A stretch of 64,000 bases of DNA, from positions 1,417 through 65,416 of the forward strand of contig JAUZQJ010000012.1 in assembly GCA_030951045.1 (NCBI GenBank), written 5' to 3'. How positions within the stretch are numbered: position 1 is the first letter of the stretch; every line of letters starts with the position of its first letter. This DNA is from Mariprofundus sp. (GTDB lineage Bacteria; Pseudomonadota; Zetaproteobacteria; Mariprofundales; Mariprofundaceae). Shown one piece after another: positions 59,779-64,000 of this stretch. Both the position numbers and the translations under genes were made by a program. Below the pieces are notes generated by a model that saw only the letters and a program-made list of their open reading frames with translations, ran no database searches and was not told the DNA's origin.

Positions 59779-59886
59779 GCTATGTGCAGCAGCTATCTTG
59801 TACTAGCCTGAATGAATTCTCCATAACTTTTTTTCAGGTGTTGGTGCGATAATGACGAGATTTCCTGTTTATTTTAAATATATACT

Positions 59887-60333
59887 TTAATTGGCGAGGG
59901 GCTTGGTTGTAAAACAACGTTGTTCGATCAGGAAATAACCGTGAGTAGATGGTTTCTTTTGATAGGTCACATGGATGATGTCACTGCTGCTAAAGCTGTA
60001 CGTGGTACCGAAAATAACAGTTTCTTGATGTGTAAGCTCGGAATCTACGGGATATTCAATGATGATGGCATCATCGGACTGCCACCGTATAAGGGCATCA
60101 TAACCATATTTAAAGGAAAAGCTGGCCATGTCATCATTGAACTGTTTATTGGCCTGGCGGATATTGATTTTCATCTCTTGATGGATCGGATTATCGCCGT
60201 GAGAGATGCGGAAGAGGGTGGCTGTCTTGCTCCCGGAAGGAGAGGGGCATTCAAACATAATGTCTGTTTTTTCACTGCTGCAGCCAGAGAGCAGCAACAG
60301 CATCGTTGCCATCAAAACTACGCATACCTTCAT
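59887..60333 (-). CDS. hypothetical lipoprotein
   Basis: Lipobox LSGC; SPSG.K.A; ATGA overlap with the upstream gene. Confidence 0.75.
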   Translation of the reverse strand: MKVCVVLMATMLLLLSGCSSEKTDIMFECPSPSGSKTATLFRISHGDNPIHQEMKINIRQANKQFNDDMASFSFKYGYDALIRWQSDDAIIIEYPVDSELTHQETVIFGTTYSFSSSDIIHVTYQKKPSTHGYFLIEQRCFTTKPLAN

Positions 60334-61523
60334 ACGGATGGCATGATGCGATGGAGCTCTGTTTCAACCCGTTCCAAACAGTCTTCTACCGCCACGCCTT
60401 TAAAGTAGTTGCCGATCAGGGCCAGTTGAGTGTTCGCCAAAGATGCATCCAGTGCCTCGATGAGTTGATAATGCCCCATATCCGGTGCCGGTAATCGGTT
60501 GGTTTTGTGAAACAGATGTTGAATGTCGGAGCTGCTGATTTGTAAAGAAGTGCATATGCGATTCACTTTTTCTTGTTCGCTGAGCAAGCCTGGCTTAAAG
60601 TGGAACGTAAAGCCTCGTAGTGTTGGATGTTCGATGTAATCGCGTGATACGGCTGAATAAAAGTCTCCATCCACGGCGATCAGGCCTGCAATGGATTCTT
60701 GTGATAAGGTGTTTTTTTGCATCACCACAGCGACAGACTCAATCTCTACCTCACGAACCCAGTTCAGTTGCCCTGCAATCTCGGGATGGGCTTGCTTGAG
60801 CAGGCGTGATGCTGCCAGGGCAGGCGTGGCACACACCAACCGATCACTATGATAGCAGGCCTCGGCTGTTGTGATGGCGTAGCCACTTTCATCGTTCGCA
60901 ATGGATGTAATATGCTGGTTCGTATGAATATCCAACTGTTGTTCCAAAGCCTGAATAATATCCTGGAGACCGCCGGAAAAGGTATAGCTGCGCATGATAG
61001 ATTTATCACGTGGCCGTTTTCTAAACAGCATATCAGCCGGTAAATTATTTACATCCTGGCAGACCACCGCGCTTAGAGCGTGTTGAAACAGTTCTGTATA
61101 GTTTTTAGGGCCAACGAGCGCGCCATAATAATCGGCTACCGATTGATCCTGCTTTTTGAGTGAAAATATACGCCAGGCATGGGTCATCAGCTCAACAAAG
61201 TGTAAGCGAGACGGGATAGAATAGAGCGAACCATCAACCAGCAAGCGGTAGCGCAGCTTTTCACGGGCCTGCAGTTGATCCATCAGATCAAGCCTGTCTA
61301 AAATACTCAACAGACGAGCGTATGAGTTAAAGCAGGTGTGTGTACCCATTTCGACCCAGAACGCTTGCTGAGCATTTTCCACCACAGCTGAATCAAAGCA
61401 GCCACCGCAGCGAGCTTCTTTTTCCAATACCAGTACGTTCAGGCCAGCCTGTTTGGCTTCAAAAGCCATGGCTAATCCACTAATGCCAGCACCGATCACA
61501 ATCATGTCATATCGTTTGTCCAT
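60330..61523 (-). CDS. FAD-dependent oxidoreductase, protoporphyrinogen-oxidase (HemY)-like
   Basis: VIGAGISGL, LEK..R.GG, E.G.H, GGLQ and GNYF.GVAVEDC motifs. Confidence 0.8.
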   Translation of the reverse strand: MDKRYDMIVIGAGISGLAMAFEAKQAGLNVLVLEKEARCGGCFDSAVVENAQQAFWVEMGTHTCFNSYARLLSILDRLDLMDQLQAREKLRYRLLVDGSLYSIPSRLHFVELMTHAWRIFSLKKQDQSVADYYGALVGPKNYTELFQHALSAVVCQDVNNLPADMLFRKRPRDKSIMRSYTFSGGLQDIIQALEQQLDIHTNQHITSIANDESGYAITTAEACYHSDRLVCATPALAASRLLKQAHPEIAGQLNWVREVEIESVAVVMQKNTLSQESIAGLIAVDGDFYSAVSRDYIEHPTLRGFTFHFKPGLLSEQEKVNRICTSLQISSSDIQHLFHKTNRLPAPDMGHYQLIEALDASLANTQLALIGNYFKGVAVEDCLERVETELHRIMPSV

Positions 61524-61773
61524 ATCCCGACTCCATCATCTCCAAAGCATGAGTGCAATAGCGGGCAGTATTCAGCTTGTGCTGAGTTTTGCAGGATTAT
61601 TGATGTCAGAAATGACTTGGCTGTATGTTTTTAATGAACTGTTGCTGTGGACGATTTTTAGTGCGGTGTTTGTGGTGAAAGAGTGCCGTAATCAGGTATA
61701 GCCTTGTCATGGGCTCTGAGCATAAAAAAAGTCTCGACTGGCAGCAGCATGATCTATTGATTAGTGTTTCGCT

Positions 61774-62721
61774 ATGACTACTCCTTCCGTGCAATGCGAT
61801 CTTTGTGGTTGCGATAATTTAGAAATCATTTCTCAATCAGACCGGCACCAGCAAGCTCTGGATACAGGTTTATGTTTAGGCTGCGGTCTGGTGATGCATG
61901 TGCCGGTGCCAAGTGAAGACGAGGTGAATGAATATTATGCCTCCAGATATCGTCAGGATTATCATGGCGAGTCTCAGCCTTCGGAACGGCGTATTATGCG
62001 GGCATGGAAAAATGCTGAACGCATTCATGCGCAGCTGAAACCTGCTTTAAACGGTGTGGATACCGTCTTTGAAGTTGGCGCGGGTATTGGTTGTACGGTG
62101 AAAAAGTTTGAAACTGAAGGATTTAAGGCAACGGGTATCGAACCGAATCATGACTTTAATGCCTTTACCCGTCAGAGCCTGTTTGCGAATGTGGACAATG
62201 TGAATTTGTTTGATCTGGAGCAAACGCCGAAAACGGATTTGCTGCTGTTGATTCATGTGATTGAACATTTCTCTTCACCACGTAAGGCATTAACGCACAT
62301 GCGTGAATTGATTCATGATGATGGCTTGCTTTATGTTGAATGCCCGAATGTAACCGGCCCTTTTGCGACCTATGATCGCATGTTTCATTACGCGCATATC
62401 TATAACTTTTCACCCATAACATTGCAGGCATCGGTCGAGCAGTGTGGTTTTAAGTTGGTTGAATGTTTTTCAAATGATGATGATCCTGATCTTCATATGT
62501 TGTTTAAAAAATGTGATGTACCGAAAGCGGCTGTTGTTTCGGCTGATCATGCCGATTGGGTGCGCGCTCGCATTAAGCAGCATAATGTACTCAGCTATCA
62601 TGCCCGGCCATCATACCTCTCCAAACGGGTGCGTAAGGTATCCTCATATTTGATGGAATATATGAAAGCAAAAGACTTCGTGGCTGATCTACTGGGCCGT
62701 TTGAGAAAGACTAACAGCTAA
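61774..62721 (+). CDS. class I SAM-dependent methyltransferase with N-terminal Cys4 zinc ribbon
   Basis: CDLC...CLGC, EVGAGIG, GIEP, HVIEH..P and YVECPN motifs. Confidence 0.88.
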   Translation: MTTPSVQCDLCGCDNLEIISQSDRHQQALDTGLCLGCGLVMHVPVPSEDEVNEYYASRYRQDYHGESQPSERRIMRAWKNAERIHAQLKPALNGVDTVFEVGAGIGCTVKKFETEGFKATGIEPNHDFNAFTRQSLFANVDNVNLFDLEQTPKTDLLLLIHVIEHFSSPRKALTHMRELIHDDGLLYVECPNVTGPFATYDRMFHYAHIYNFSPITLQASVEQCGFKLVECFSNDDDPDLHMLFKKCDVPKAAVVSADHADWVRARIKQHNVLSYHARPSYLSKRVRKVSSYLMEYMKAKDFVADLLGRLRKTNS

Positions 62722-62732
62722 AATCAAAAGCA

Positions 62733-62770
62733 TTTCACCGCAGTCCCCCATGGGGATTGCGGTGAAAAAA
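62733..62770. terminator. intrinsic terminator between convergent genes
   Basis: TTTCACCGCAGTCCCC-CAT-GGGGATTGCGGTGAAAAAA. Confidence 0.8.
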
Positions 62771-64000
62771 TTAGTGCATGGCTTCTAAAAATACGCGATC
62801 AATATCCTGATTCCATTCACTGTTATACAGTTTTAACCAGTGATCGGCTTGTGTCTCTCCCGATGCAACAGCCTGGATGACAGGCTGTAAGAATTTACTC
62901 TCATCTTCACCTGCTTCATTGCATTGCTGTAATCGCTCCAACCCAGCTCTGGAAATTTCGAGTACCTGTTCACAGAGTTTGATCACCGATGTCTGACGGA
63001 ATGGCGTCAATAGCGCTGTGCGAGGCACCTGTTGACGCAGTGCATTGACCTCATCAAAAGACCAGTCTGCCACCAGATCCCATGCTTCAGATTCAGCCTG
63101 CTCATCATATAATAGCCCTTTCCACAAGGCTGGTAGTGAGCAGATCCATGGCCACGCACCGGCGTCGGCACCGCGCATTTCCAGATATTGTTTCAAGCGT
63201 ACATCTGGGAAAAGGGTGGATAGATGCAGCTCCCAATCATCCATGTCGGGATATGCGCCGGGCAGCTGCGCCAGCTTTCCATGCATAAAGTCGCGGAAGC
63301 TGCTGCCGGTACAATCAATATAGGCACCATTACGCATGATAAAATACATCGGCGCGTCCAGCGCCCATTGTGTATAGGTCTCAAAACCAAAGTTATTATC
63401 AAATGCACACTTGAGAATACCGGTGCGATGCGGGTCAGTATCAAGCCAGCAGGTTGCCCTGCGTGATAAAAAGCCACTGGGTTTACCCTCTTCAAAGGGG
63501 CTGGCTGCATACATGGCCGTAATCAGTGGTTGCAAGCAGAGGGATATGCGCATTTTTTTAGCCATGTCCGTTTCCGATGCAAAATCAAGATTGGCCTGCA
63601 CGGTTGTGGTGCGTAGCATCATGTCCAGTCCACCATCACCTACGCGGGGCATATAATCACGCATAACGGCATAGCGGGCTTTTGGCATCCAGTGGATATC
63701 TTCACGTTTCCATTTGGGTTGAAAACCAAGGGTTAGAAAGCCGATACGCAATTCATCGGAAATACTGCGCACCAACTGATGGTATTCGGTGGTTTCCTGA
63801 CAGGTTTGGTGGATGGTTTGTAGGGGGGCTCCGGACAGTTCCAGTTGTCCGCCTGGTTCGAGCGTGATGGAGGCCATGCCGCGTTTAAGTGCTATAATAT
63901 TCCCCGTTTCAAGCACAGGGTCCCAGCCATGCCCTGCTAGCATCTCAAGCAGACCTTTGATGCTACGCTCTCCTGCATACGGAATGGGTCTGAATGAATC
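62771..64000 (-). CDS. gshA: glutamate--cysteine ligase (alpha-proteobacterial/plant type), 5' end outside the window
   Basis: ITLEPGGQLELSG, MPKARY, TVQANLD, HLSTLFPDVRLKQYLEMRGAD motifs. Confidence 0.95.
   Translation of the reverse strand, partial: DSFRPIPYAGERSIKGLLEMLAGHGWDPVLETGNIIALKRGMASITLEPGGQLELSGAPLQTIHQTCQETTEYHQLVRSISDELRIGFLTLGFQPKWKREDIHWMPKARYAVMRDYMPRVGDGGLDMMLRTTTVQANLDFASETDMAKKMRISLCLQPLITAMYAASPFEEGKPSGFLSRRATCWLDTDPHRTGILKCAFDNNFGFETYTQWALDAPMYFIMRNGAYIDCTGSSFRDFMHGKLAQLPGAYPDMDDWELHLSTLFPDVRLKQYLEMRGADAGAWPWICSLPALWKGLLYDEQAESEAWDLVADWSFDEVNALRQQVPRTALLTPFRQTSVIKLCEQVLEISRAGLERLQQCNEAGEDESKFLQPVIQAVASGETQADHWLKLYNSEWNQDIDRVFLEAMH

Noticed and set aside
1-64000. CRISPR array, rRNA, prophage, transposase or integrase
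   Set aside because: No regularly spaced repeats, rRNA motifs or mobility-enzyme ORFs were seen.

Overview
A mostly core-genome chromosomal window (about 47-50% GC by eye) from a proteobacterium. Gene content and divergence suggest Zetaproteobacteria (Mariprofundus-like); this is an inference. It holds about 60 protein genes, including dnaE, accA, dapE/dapF, queF, polA, gpmI, an rsmI-yraN-gmhA-X-dolP-rfaE2 run divergent from lpoA, nadB, hemH, smpB, argG, trhP, aroG, lipA and gshA. It also has a tRNA-Phe followed by a hipBA module, RNase P RNA and several small palindromic or MITE-like repeats. No CRISPR array, rRNA, integrase or transposase was seen. The most unusual signal is a set of full-length ORFs whose catalytic motifs are eroded: (1) a PEP-carboxykinase homologue lacking substrate/Mn ligands, tightly coupled to an uncharacterised JmjC/cupin oxygenase and a YyaL thioredoxin-domain protein; (2) a PhoX-like lipoprotein without metal ligands; (3) a degenerate GSU2086/deoxyhypusine-synthase-like gene inside the heptose/envelope operon; (4) an oligoribonuclease with a Gly at the first catalytic Asp; (5) a HipA with an in-frame internal deletion. 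All family assignments come from remembered motifs, not database searches.
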